Assembly (NCBI GenBank): GCA_016177405.1
Contig: JACOVG010000006.1
Coordinates: 10,064-74,063 of the forward strand
Direction: 5' to 3'
From: Candidatus Omnitrophota bacterium
GTDB lineage: Bacteria; Omnitrophota; Gorgyraeia; 1-14-0-20-64-10
DNA length: 64,000 nucleotides
Below the pieces are notes generated by a model. It made no database searches. It saw only the letters and a list, made by a program, of their open reading frames with translations, and was not told the DNA's origin. The position numbers and the translations under genes were made by a program. Of this stretch, positions 46,867 to 55,270 are shown piece after piece (the first letter of the stretch is position 1; each line of letters starts with the position of its first letter).

Positions 46867-47813
46867 GGGGCCGCCTGGAGGGCGGGCGCCCCCCGGAAGA
46901 ATGGAATCAGATTCTGGACCGCCCGCAGCTCCATCCGCGTCCTGGAGGCCCGGGTAAGCGAGGCGATGTGCGGGGTCAGCAGAACCTGCGGCATATGAGA
47001 CAGCGGGCCCACGTAAGGTTCGGTCTCAAAAACGTCCAGCGCCGCGGAGGAAAGACGGCCCGATTGGAGGGCCCCCACCAAGGCCGCCTCATCCACCAGA
47101 TGGCCCCGGGCCGTGTTGACCAGCCGGGCGCCCGGTTTCATCTGGGCAAACTCCCTGGAGCCCAAGACCGGCCCCTGTCTCGGGTCCCTTGCCGCGTGCA
47201 GGGAAACCAAATCGGACTGCGCCAGAAGGTCAGCCAGCGGCAGATTCGAGACCCCTTCCGGGCGCTGTCCTGCCGGGAGGACCGGGTCGCAGACCAGGAT
47301 CCTGGGCCCAAAGGGGCGCAGGAGTTTTTCCACCGCCTGGCCGACCCGGCCAAACCCGATCAAACCGATGCTCCACTCCGAGAGAAGATGCCCCACCTGT
47401 TTTTTCCAAAGACCCTGATCGAGATTCCTCAAGTGAAGGGGAAAATCCCGCGCCAGGGCCAGGATCATGCCGACCGTGATCTCCGCCACCGGGGCAGTCA
47501 CTTCCTCGGGCGTGGTGAGAACCGCGATCGCAAGTTCGGAAGCCGACGCCAGATCGATGGAATCGGTCCCTGTGCCGCATCGGCTGATCACCTTGAGATT
47601 CTTCAGGGACTGAAGAAGCCTTCTGTCGTAGGGCTCCACACCGGCCACGACCGCATCCGCCCGCGCGAGCAGGGAGGCCATCTCCTCTCCCTTCAAGCGC
47701 CTGCCCAGAGGGTTACGATGAATCTCAAAGCCGGCCTCCCGGAGAAGCTGAAGCGGCCGGTCGTCCGACTCGCCAAATTGCGCGAGCGCCACAAAAACCA
47801 CCGGCTGTTTCAC
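46863..47813 (-). CDS. D-isomer-specific 2-hydroxyacid dehydrogenase (PGDH-like)
   Basis: IGLIGFGRVGQAV NAD-binding motif; catalytic-domain/NAD-domain architecture, 316 aa. Confidence 0.8.
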   Translation of the reverse strand: MKQPVVFVALAQFGESDDRPLQLLREAGFEIHRNPLGRRLKGEEMASLLARADAVVAGVEPYDRRLLQSLKNLKVISRCGTGTDSIDLASASELAIAVLTTPEEVTAPVAEITVGMILALARDFPLHLRNLDQGLWKKQVGHLLSEWSIGLIGFGRVGQAVEKLLRPFGPRILVCDPVLPAGQRPEGVSNLPLADLLAQSDLVSLHAARDPRQGPVLGSREFAQMKPGARLVNTARGHLVDEAALVGALQSGRLSSAALDVFETEPYVGPLSHMPQVLLTPHIASLTRASRTRMELRAVQNLIPFFRGAPALQAAP

Positions 47814-48583
47814 CCCTTCAGCACCTGATGAAGAACCGCCCTCTGAAGGGGATCCTGGTCCAGGAGGTGTTCCACGGCTTTCACCTCGCCTGGGAGGTTG
47901 ATCCCCGCATACCCTCGAGGGAAGGCAATCCCCTGCAGGAGGACGTCGTGCTCCAGGATTCTGGATTGGTCCACCGACTCCAGGGTCTCAAGCGGCGTGC
48001 GGGCAAGTCCAGGATAGCGTTGAAGAAAATCCTGCCGGTAGCCCAAGATCCCCAGGATCTTACGCACCGGCTGCGCCCCGTTGCCGGCCGCCTTCAGGTG
48101 GGAGAAATTCCGGCCGCAAAAGAGTATCCTCCCGGAAACCGAAACGACGCACTTGACAACCGAGGGATCACCAAGCTCGCCAGGGGTTTCCAGAGAGGCC
48201 ACGGCGTTCCAAGCGGCCAGCTCGGGCCGCTGCCCGATGGCCTGAACCAGGCTCTCTAAATCACGAGGCAAAACCAGGATCTCATCCCCTTGAACATTCA
48301 CCACATGGGTGCAGTCCAGCTTCCCCGCCGCCTCCGCCACCCGGTCCGTTGCCGCCGGATGCCTGGAGGAAGTCATCAGCACCCGGCCGCCGGAACGCTC
48401 AACCACTTGGGCGATCTGGCGATCGCAGGTCGCCACCACCACTTCCTCGAAGCCCTTGCACAGCGCTGCCCTGCGGCGGACGTGCTCGATCATGGGGAGG
48501 CCCCGGATCTCCACCAGGGGCTTGCCCGGGAATCGACTGGAGGCCATCCGGGCCGGTATGATGCAGGCCACCCGCGTGCCCAT
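47810..48583 (-). CDS. KdsB-like cytidylyltransferase (CMP-3-deoxy-ulosonic acid synthetase family)
   Basis: ATG 48583 (TAATG overlap with upstream stop): MGTRVACIIPARMASSRFPGKPLVEIRGLPMIEHV matches KdsB IIPARYASTRLPGKPL; ORF-track 139-aa extension is read-through across upstream gene. Confidence 0.75.
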   Translation of the reverse strand: MGTRVACIIPARMASSRFPGKPLVEIRGLPMIEHVRRRAALCKGFEEVVVATCDRQIAQVVERSGGRVLMTSSRHPAATDRVAEAAGKLDCTHVVNVQGDEILVLPRDLESLVQAIGQRPELAAWNAVASLETPGELGDPSVVKCVVSVSGRILFCGRNFSHLKAAGNGAQPVRKILGILGYRQDFLQRYPGLARTPLETLESVDQSRILEHDVLLQGIAFPRGYAGINLPGEVKAVEHLLDQDPLQRAVLHQVLKG

Positions 48584-49344
48584 TACTGGGGCAGGGTCCC
48601 GCAATCCACGTTGAGGCACTGACCGGTGATCGCCGAAGCCTCCGGCGAGGCCAAGAAGTAGACCACCTGCGCCACTTCGTGAACCGTCGGCAGCCGGCCC
48701 AGGGCCGTTTGGGTGGCGGCGAAGGAGGCGAGATACCCGCTCACATCCTCGCCATGGGCGGGCGAAGCGGGCTCGGAAAGAGAGCTCAAGATCTGTTCCG
48801 TCTCCACATAGACCGGGCAGACCGCGTTGACGCGGATCCCTTGGGGCCCAAGCTCCTTGGCCAGGGCCTGGGTGATGCCGTTGACCGCGAACTTCGCGGC
48901 GCAATAAACGCTGTTGTTGGCCGAGCCGCGCTTGCCTGCCAGAGAGGAGACATTGATCAGGGCCCCTCCTTCCTTCAGGGCGGGAGCCGCCGCCGCGCAC
49001 CCCCAGAGGGTCCCCAAGATGCTGGTCTCCAGGATCTCCAAGGCAAACGGCTCGTCAATCTCCGTCAGGCCGCGCCACCTGGAAATCCCCGCGCAGTTGA
49101 CGAATACCTCCAGAGACCCGAATTGCTTAACAACCTTCCCAACAAAATCACGGGCTTGCTCCCGCTGTCGAACCTCCAGGGTAAAGTGAGCGATCGAAGA
49201 TTCCAAGCCGGGGTCCCGGGGCGACCGGGAACCCACGGCCACCCGGTAGCCTCGAGAGGCAAAAAGCTCGGCCACGGCCCGGCCGATCCCCCGGTTGCCG
49301 CCGGTGACCGCCACCACCGGCCGCGATTCTCCCGAAGGAGTCAT
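48583..49344 (-). CDS. SDR-family oxidoreductase
   Basis: VVAVTGGNRGIGRAV; NCAG; YCAAK. Confidence 0.8.
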   Translation of the reverse strand: MTPSGESRPVVAVTGGNRGIGRAVAELFASRGYRVAVGSRSPRDPGLESSIAHFTLEVRQREQARDFVGKVVKQFGSLEVFVNCAGISRWRGLTEIDEPFALEILETSILGTLWGCAAAAPALKEGGALINVSSLAGKRGSANNSVYCAAKFAVNGITQALAKELGPQGIRVNAVCPVYVETEQILSSLSEPASPAHGEDVSGYLASFAATQTALGRLPTVHEVAQVVYFLASPEASAITGQCLNVDCGTLPQ

Positions 49345-50093
49345 AGGGTCATGGCGGTGAACCCGCCGTCCACGGTCACCACGGAACCGGTCACGAAACT
49401 CGAGGCGTCAGAGGCCAGCCACAGGACCGCCCCCACCAATTCCTCCGGCTTGCCGAACCGCCCCGCGGGGGTGTGATTCAGAATCTTGGCCTTCCGGTCG
49501 TCGTCGATGAAGTTTTTCATGCTCCAGGCGGTCGGGAAAAAACCTGGTTTGAGGGCGTTCACCCGGACGTTGCGAGGGGCCCATTCCCGGGCCAGGTTTT
49601 GGGTTAGGTTCAGGACTCCCGACTTGGCGGCCGAGTAGACAAACGCCTTGGAAAGGGGCGGCCCGGCGGAAACCGAGGTGAAATTGATGATAGAACCTCT
49701 GCGCTGGCGGACCATCGTCTCCCCGAAGACCTGGCACCCCAACAGGGTGCCCAGGAAGTTCACCCCCATCACCCGGTCAACTTCCTGGCGCGAAATCTTC
49801 AAAAAGGGGGTGGGGGCGTTGGCCCCGGCGCCGTTGATCAGCAGGTCAATCCGCCCATGCGCCTTAAGGATCTTCTGCCTGCAGCGAATCCAGTCCTCTT
49901 TTCGGGTCACATCGCAGCGGAGATACCCCACCGAGCCCGGCAGCCCCGCTTGACGCGCCTTCTTCTCACCGGCTAAATCCAGCACGGTCACGCGAACACC
50001 CGCCTCATCCAACGCTTGGGAGATGACAGCGCACAGATGTCCCGCGCCGCCCGACACGGCGGCCACCCTGCCGGAGAGATCAGCGTTGTTCAA
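49341..50093 (-). CDS. SDR-family oxidoreductase
   Basis: RVAAVSGGAGHLCAV; INGAG; YSAAK; start ambiguous (TTG 50093 or TTG 50159). Confidence 0.75.
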   Translation of the reverse strand: MNNADLSGRVAAVSGGAGHLCAVISQALDEAGVRVTVLDLAGEKKARQAGLPGSVGYLRCDVTRKEDWIRCRQKILKAHGRIDLLINGAGANAPTPFLKISRQEVDRVMGVNFLGTLLGCQVFGETMVRQRRGSIINFTSVSAGPPLSKAFVYSAAKSGVLNLTQNLAREWAPRNVRVNALKPGFFPTAWSMKNFIDDDRKAKILNHTPAGRFGKPEELVGAVLWLASDASSFVTGSVVTVDGGFTAMTL

Positions 50094-51192
50094 GGGGCGC
50101 GGCCTCCAACGGACCCGCGGCAGGGATCGGCTGCGGGAGCCGTTCGCCGATGTATTCAAAATAAGGGTTGTTGGCCACCTTCTCGTTGAAGAAGAAGGCC
50201 CGCCGGGGATAGAGGTAAGGGGCCGAGAAGATGGGGCACACGGCGAAATGGAGCCGGCGGCGGGTGGGAATCCAGAGGGGATAGTCCGCCACGGTCAGGT
50301 CGGTGTCGTACGTGGGCCGCGATTGAATCCTGTTCACCAGAAAGAGGAAACGGGCATTCTGGACAGGGGCCGAGTCGGTGTAGAAGCTGAACCATTCCGG
50401 GGACATCTCCCCGAAGGAAGCGCAGTTGAAGACCAGGTCCACCGCCTCTGGCGCCAACCCGGCGAATCGCGGACAGGGCAACAGAACAAAGTCATACTGC
50501 CGGATCCAGCTGCGGGTCAGCACAGGCTGCCGGAGGACCTCGCGGATCCCGGCCACGCGGGCCTTTGGCAGCCACCTCTTCAGGAAGTAGTGGGCCAGGA
50601 GCAGCTGCTCGGAGAAATCGGCCAGGACCTGGTGGGTTCCCCTATACTCCTGGCTCACCAGACCGGAAAAGATACCGTAGCTTGAGCCGATGTCCAGAAC
50701 CACGTCGCCGGCCGCCAGGCGCTGCCCGAGCTTCTCCTTAAGGACCGCCTGGCACCAGATGTGCTTGAGCCACCGGTAGGTCACCACGAAGCCCTTGCGC
50801 CGGTAAACGAAGGGCTCCCCCACCGGCGTGCAGGGATACTTTCGAAGCAGGTCCTCCGCGGCGGCGCTGCCTTGGATCACCTGAAGACACTCCTCCAGCG
50901 TCTGGCGGACCCCGCGGCGGCCTCCCCCCAGGAAATTCCTCGGGTCGGGACGGTTGATGTGAAAGGTGGGGTCATCCGGAATGAAGATCCGAAGGCGGCG
51001 AAATCGCCGGAAGGTCTCGGGTTCGATGGAACCGTCTGGCCGCAGGAGCCGTTTGGGCTCCTCCGTGATCAGCGACCGCCATTTTGGGATCAGCGCCTGG
51101 GCAGGCAATCCCAGTAGTCCGGCTCCGCGGGCCGCCTGGGCATCGGCCTGCACCTGGGCCAGCACCTCCTCCTCCCGAAGGCGATCAGGCAT
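50080..51192 (-). CDS. Non-canonical methyltransferase-like protein (putative sugar O-methyltransferase family; degenerate Rossmann motif)
   Basis: ATG 51192 (MPDRLREEEV); VVLDIGSSYGIFSG degenerate motif I; architecture paralogous to 52579..53568. Confidence 0.5.
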   Translation of the reverse strand: MPDRLREEEVLAQVQADAQAARGAGLLGLPAQALIPKWRSLITEEPKRLLRPDGSIEPETFRRFRRLRIFIPDDPTFHINRPDPRNFLGGGRRGVRQTLEECLQVIQGSAAAEDLLRKYPCTPVGEPFVYRRKGFVVTYRWLKHIWCQAVLKEKLGQRLAAGDVVLDIGSSYGIFSGLVSQEYRGTHQVLADFSEQLLLAHYFLKRWLPKARVAGIREVLRQPVLTRSWIRQYDFVLLPCPRFAGLAPEAVDLVFNCASFGEMSPEWFSFYTDSAPVQNARFLFLVNRIQSRPTYDTDLTVADYPLWIPTRRRLHFAVCPIFSAPYLYPRRAFFFNEKVANNPYFEYIGERLPQPIPAAGPLEAAPLEQR

Positions 51193-51928
51193 TCTTAACG
51201 CAGAGAAACCCGCAGAAGTTGTACCACTGGAAGAAGGTCTCGGCGATTTGAAAGCCGCATTTCCGGAAAAGCTCCAGGTTCTCGTCCAACTTGAAGGGAA
51301 CAAGAACGTTCTCCAAGGCCTCCCGCTTGCGTGCGATCTCCTCGTGGGTGTAGCCATTCCTCTTCTTGAAGGCGTAGTAGCGTTCGATGAAGAACTGGTT
51401 CATCTCGCCCTGGCGCGTGAGGATCTTCTCGGTCACGATGAAGGCGCCGCCGTTGACCAGCGACTCATAAATGTGCCTCACGAGGCGATCCCGATGCAGG
51501 GGGCGCACAAACTGCAGCGTCCAGCACAGCGTCACAACGCTCGCCTTGTCCAGACACAGCTCCGGATCGCTCACGTCCCGGCAGTGGATCTCCACCGTCT
51601 CCTGAAGCTTGCTTTCCGCCACGCGGGCCTTCGCCCGCTGGACCATGGGCTCCGAGGAATCGTAGCCCACCAGCCGGGCGCTCTGACCCTGCAGGGCGCT
51701 GGCAACGTTGACGAGGGTGGTCCCGGTCGAGCAGCCCAGGTCGTAAACGCGCGTGTTGGGGACCCAGAAATGCCTGGCCAGCTCCTGGATCAGGTGCTGC
51801 TGTTCCCGGTAGAAGGGAACGCTGCGCTCGAGCATATCGTCGAATACGGCGGCCACCTCGCTGTTGAACTCAAAGTCGGTCGCCCGAGAGGCGGTGCCTT
51901 GAAAGATCTGGTCCCTGCTGTCAGCCAT
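51185..51928 (-). CDS. CmoA-family protein (carboxy-S-adenosyl-L-methionine synthase homolog)
   Basis: ATG 51928 with AGGAGGA SD; full-length collinear similarity to E. coli CmoA: ...AAVFDDMLERSVPFYREQQHLIQELARHFWVPNTRVYDLGCSTG... / ...KKRNGYTHEEIARKREALENVLVPF...FQWYNFCGFLCVKNA vs CmoA ...[21 protein letters not shown]...FQCFNFGSLVALKA. Confidence 0.75.
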   Translation of the reverse strand: MADSRDQIFQGTASRATDFEFNSEVAAVFDDMLERSVPFYREQQHLIQELARHFWVPNTRVYDLGCSTGTTLVNVASALQGQSARLVGYDSSEPMVQRAKARVAESKLQETVEIHCRDVSDPELCLDKASVVTLCWTLQFVRPLHRDRLVRHIYESLVNGGAFIVTEKILTRQGEMNQFFIERYYAFKKRNGYTHEEIARKREALENVLVPFKLDENLELFRKCGFQIAETFFQWYNFCGFLCVKNA

Positions 51929-52577
51929 GGGGGTCCTCCTGCTTGCTAAGCAAAAACATCGCGTCCACGTTGTCACCCTCTTTGTACGGGTACCGTTCCT
52001 CCTTCAGGAGTTTGAGATCCGGAAAGGATTCCCGGTAAAGACGGGCAAAATCGCCTTTCCAAAGGAGATCCTTGCGCCCCTGGTACAAAACCGTTTCGTA
52101 CCGGTCCGAGAAGTACTCATAGCCCCAGATCCACCCGCGGCTGCAGCGCCGGATCTCCAAGAGCGCGCGCCGCAGGTCCGAGGGAGACACGTGGATCAGG
52201 ACACCGGAGGTAAAAACCAGATCAAAGGAGCCTGCCTGGAAGGGGATCTCCAGGGCCGAACCCTGAACGATCCGAAGGCCCCGGGATCTGGTCTTGGCCT
52301 TTCGCGCGGCATCCCCCTGCAGCTCAATACCGCAGAGGTTCGTAAAGCCCATCCTCTGAAGGCACAAGAGCTGAATTCCAATGTTGCAGCCGACCTCCAG
52401 GATCCGCGCCGCCCGGTCCAGGCCTCCGATGAACCGCTCGTTGAGTTCGGTCCTGGTCCATCCCAGACGGCTCCGGAAACGCTCCTCTAACTCTTCTACC
52501 GAGATCTCGTTGCGGTCGGTATAGTCCCTCCCGAACTCCCCCGCCCACTGGGCCATTTGAGCGGTCTGGGAAGCCAT
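51921..52577 (-). CDS. Class I SAM-dependent methyltransferase (pseudaminic-acid-cluster-associated methylase-like)
   Basis: ATG 52577 (MASQTAQMAQWAGEFGRDYTDRN); ILEVGCNIGIQL motif I; VLIHVSPSD. Confidence 0.65.
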   Translation of the reverse strand: MASQTAQMAQWAGEFGRDYTDRNEISVEELEERFRSRLGWTRTELNERFIGGLDRAARILEVGCNIGIQLLCLQRMGFTNLCGIELQGDAARKAKTRSRGLRIVQGSALEIPFQAGSFDLVFTSGVLIHVSPSDLRRALLEIRRCSRGWIWGYEYFSDRYETVLYQGRKDLLWKGDFARLYRESFPDLKLLKEERYPYKEGDNVDAMFLLSKQEDPHG

Positions 52578-52578
52578 C

Positions 52579-53568
52579 TTAGGCCTCACCGGCCAGGTGA
52601 ACCAGCCGGTGCCAGGTGGGACCGTCAAAATGGTTCACCCACGGGATCCTCATTCCCAGCCACCGGGGGCCTGGGGCAAGGGTTTGGGCCTCGAGGTAGT
52701 GGACAAAATAGGGGCAGGGACCCTCTAAGAAGATCTGGTCCCTGGTCGACCAGGGGTAATCGTGAAAGCTGGCCACCTCGCCGCCCGGCAGCTTCTTGTA
52801 GAGACGGTTAGAGCAGTAAAAACGGGAACTGGGGCCGCTTCGTTTTCTTAAGAATGAGAAATAGGCCTGGATGTTGGCCGGGGTCATCTCCTGCATGCTG
52901 ACCAGGTTGATGGCGCAGTCGATCTTCTCTTCGATCCGCTCGATCTCCCGGCCAAGGACAAAGGTGACAGCCGCCGGAGACCCGGTCGCGCCTTCGGAGG
53001 GCAGCACCCGCATGGAAATCGGCTCGCGGGAAAAAGCCTTTTGATAAGTGCACAGCTGGAACATCAGCGTCTTGGGCAAGTCAATGGCGAAGATACGGGT
53101 CGATTCCAAACCGAACCGCCGAAGGATGAGCGTCCCCAGGAATCCATCACCGTCTCCGATCATGGCGAAGGTCTTGGGTGCAAGCCCCTGCGCGCGGAAA
53201 TGCTCTTCCAGAATGGCCACGACCACGGCAGACGACCACTCATGGCGGGTCAGGGAAAGCCCCAGGTCGCGAGCGAGGGCCTTCGCATGCGCCCAGGCCG
53301 AAGGGAAGGCTCGAAGGGTGCGGGTGTACGGCAGGTACGAGAGCCGCTCCAAGCCGTAGAGCCCCCGGCCCAGCCAACCCGTCTTACTGTGGGAGGTGAA
53401 CCCTGCCCCGTGCAGAAACAGGCGATCGCCCCGGCGCTCGACCGTCATCTGCCTGGCATACCGCTTCCAGAGGGAGCTGGCCTCCTCCGGAACAGAGTCC
53501 TGCTCAATCACCGTAAGCAGGGACTCGGCAGCGGGACTTAGGGGATGCTCTCCAACCATGCTGTTCAT
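52579..53568 (-). CDS. Non-canonical methyltransferase-like protein (putative sugar O-methyltransferase family), paralog of 50080..51192
   Basis: FAMIGDGDGFLGTL degenerate motif I; similar length/architecture to 50080..51192; ATG 53568 or 53559. Confidence 0.5.
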   Translation of the reverse strand: MNSMVGEHPLSPAAESLLTVIEQDSVPEEASSLWKRYARQMTVERRGDRLFLHGAGFTSHSKTGWLGRGLYGLERLSYLPYTRTLRAFPSAWAHAKALARDLGLSLTRHEWSSAVVVAILEEHFRAQGLAPKTFAMIGDGDGFLGTLILRRFGLESTRIFAIDLPKTLMFQLCTYQKAFSREPISMRVLPSEGATGSPAAVTFVLGREIERIEEKIDCAINLVSMQEMTPANIQAYFSFLRKRSGPSSRFYCSNRLYKKLPGGEVASFHDYPWSTRDQIFLEGPCPYFVHYLEAQTLAPGPRWLGMRIPWVNHFDGPTWHRLVHLAGEA

Positions 53569-53610
53569 TCTATGAACACCATTGCATCCAACCACAGCTT
53601 TTAGCCCTTG

Positions 53611-55263
53611 TCAAGACTGCCCTCCGCCCATTGGCACCCGATACCGGATCTTCCTCTGGGCCCCGGGTAGGAGCTCCCAGTCGGCCTCAAGATCAGCTTG
53701 GGCATTCAGTTCGGACAGGTCGAAGTAACGGGCGCTCCCCATGAAATGGAGATACCCTTGCCGGCAGTGCCTCACGAGAGCAGGCTCCCGGGAGAGATTC
53801 TCCAGGTGGTCATCGATCACAAGCTCCGAGGCGGTCCAGTGAATGGTCCGTTCCATTCGAAAGGGAAGTTTTGAGCTCCTGAAGATGAGGCGCTTGGCCA
53901 TCAGCCGCTTCAAGGCGAGGTTGGCCGGCATGAACCAGCCGAAGGCAAGCTGGTAAACCCTAAGCAGCAGGAAGAAAAGGGGCCTCTGGCGCAGGCGGGT
54001 GGGTCGCTGGGCGCAGGCACGGAAGGTCATACGGTCGCCCTGCCGTTGGGTCCGGCCATCCATGACGCCGGTAAAACCCGCGCTGCGGCCCAGCCGGATA
54101 AAATAGCCAGCACTGGAAAAGAGGACCCTGTTCGCCTCCTCGTCCTCCACTTGCACCATCCCTCCGTTCAGGCGCCCCCGAGCTGTTCCCCTCCCCCTCT
54201 GAAGGCAGAAGAGAGTGGAGGCGGGGCAGAAGAAATCGGAAGCATGGGCGTGCCGCGCCGGCCCCGGCGATTCTTGGGTTTGCCCCCCCGCCGCAAGAAA
54301 TGCCCGGACATAGTCCGAAAGAAGAGGAACGAGGTTCTGGAGATCTGTCGTCCGGTTGGTGATGCCCAGATCCCTCTGGATGACGGCGCGAACCGCCGCG
54401 CGCAGATCCGGCCCCGCTTCAAACCTCGCGGCCAGCTCGAAACCGGACGGAAACAGCAGCTTGGTCCCCCGGCAGCCGTAGCAACCGCCGTTGCCGCTGA
54501 CCGGGCTTAGGAAATGGCTTGAAAACTCCAAGGCCCTCGCGAGAGCCTTCCGCAGCCGCGGGTCCTCCAAGCGCGCCGAGCACGCCGCCAGATGCGCCAC
54601 ACCTAGGGTTTGATAACCAGGATCCGCGCCCAGGTACTCAAAGAAAGCGCCGGAGGCGAGCTGCCGTTGGAGAACCTTCTCGATCAGGAACAGCGCCCTC
54701 TGCCGGTAGCCGGACTCCCCCGTCAGGGCGTTCAGATCCAGAAGCCCCGCCGCCATCCCCAGTTGATGGTTTGAATTGAACCCGTGCCGCTCCTCGTGGC
54801 GCAGCAGGAATCGCCCTGCCCTGCCGCACATCTTTCGAAATTGCTCTTGGGTTTTGGCGCCAAGATTCCCCTTCAGCAGTTCGGCGGCCAGATGCGCGTC
54901 GTGCACCAGCAGGCCCGCCGTCACCACAGAGTTGTCGTTGGGGTAGCACTGGGTGAAGGCGCCGTTGGTGTACTGTTCTAAGAGACAAAACGAAAACGCC
55001 TGCTCGATCCATCGCAGGAGGCTTCCGTTGTGGAAATAAGGGTTGCGGGGCGCCTGGTATTGGTAAAGAAAGCTTAGCGGCAGGATCAGCCTCTGAAGAT
55101 CCATGTTGGAGAAATCGCTGGCGCCCCAGGCCCAATGCAGGCGGTCAAAACTCCCGAAGGCGCTGGAAAACGGCTCCCGGTCCAGGTGGGAAAGCACCTG
55201 GGGCGCCGCCTCCAGCAGGCGGTCGGCGTAAAGATTCGAGGGAGAGCTGTCCGTGGGCGGCAT
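53611..55263 (-). CDS. Hypothetical protein (550 aa), possibly alpha/alpha-toroid (heparinase II/III-like) polysaccharide-modifying enzyme
   Basis: Long ORF without signal peptide; helical-repeat character; assignment speculative. Confidence 0.45.
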   Translation of the reverse strand: MPPTDSSPSNLYADRLLEAAPQVLSHLDREPFSSAFGSFDRLHWAWGASDFSNMDLQRLILPLSFLYQYQAPRNPYFHNGSLLRWIEQAFSFCLLEQYTNGAFTQCYPNDNSVVTAGLLVHDAHLAAELLKGNLGAKTQEQFRKMCGRAGRFLLRHEERHGFNSNHQLGMAAGLLDLNALTGESGYRQRALFLIEKVLQRQLASGAFFEYLGADPGYQTLGVAHLAACSARLEDPRLRKALARALEFSSHFLSPVSGNGGCYGCRGTKLLFPSGFELAARFEAGPDLRAAVRAVIQRDLGITNRTTDLQNLVPLLSDYVRAFLAAGGQTQESPGPARHAHASDFFCPASTLFCLQRGRGTARGRLNGGMVQVEDEEANRVLFSSAGYFIRLGRSAGFTGVMDGRTQRQGDRMTFRACAQRPTRLRQRPLFFLLLRVYQLAFGWFMPANLALKRLMAKRLIFRSSKLPFRMERTIHWTASELVIDDHLENLSREPALVRHCRQGYLHFMGSARYFDLSELNAQADLEADWELLPGAQRKIRYRVPMGGGQS

Positions 55264-55270
55264 GCTCTCG

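Noticed and set aside
47810-49000. 396-aa ORF-track product with 139-aa N-terminal extension on the KdsB-like gene
   Set aside because: Extension is Arg/Gly-rich read-through overlapping the upstream SDR gene in another frame; a clean ATG at 48583 with TAATG coupling gives a canonical KdsB-length protein.
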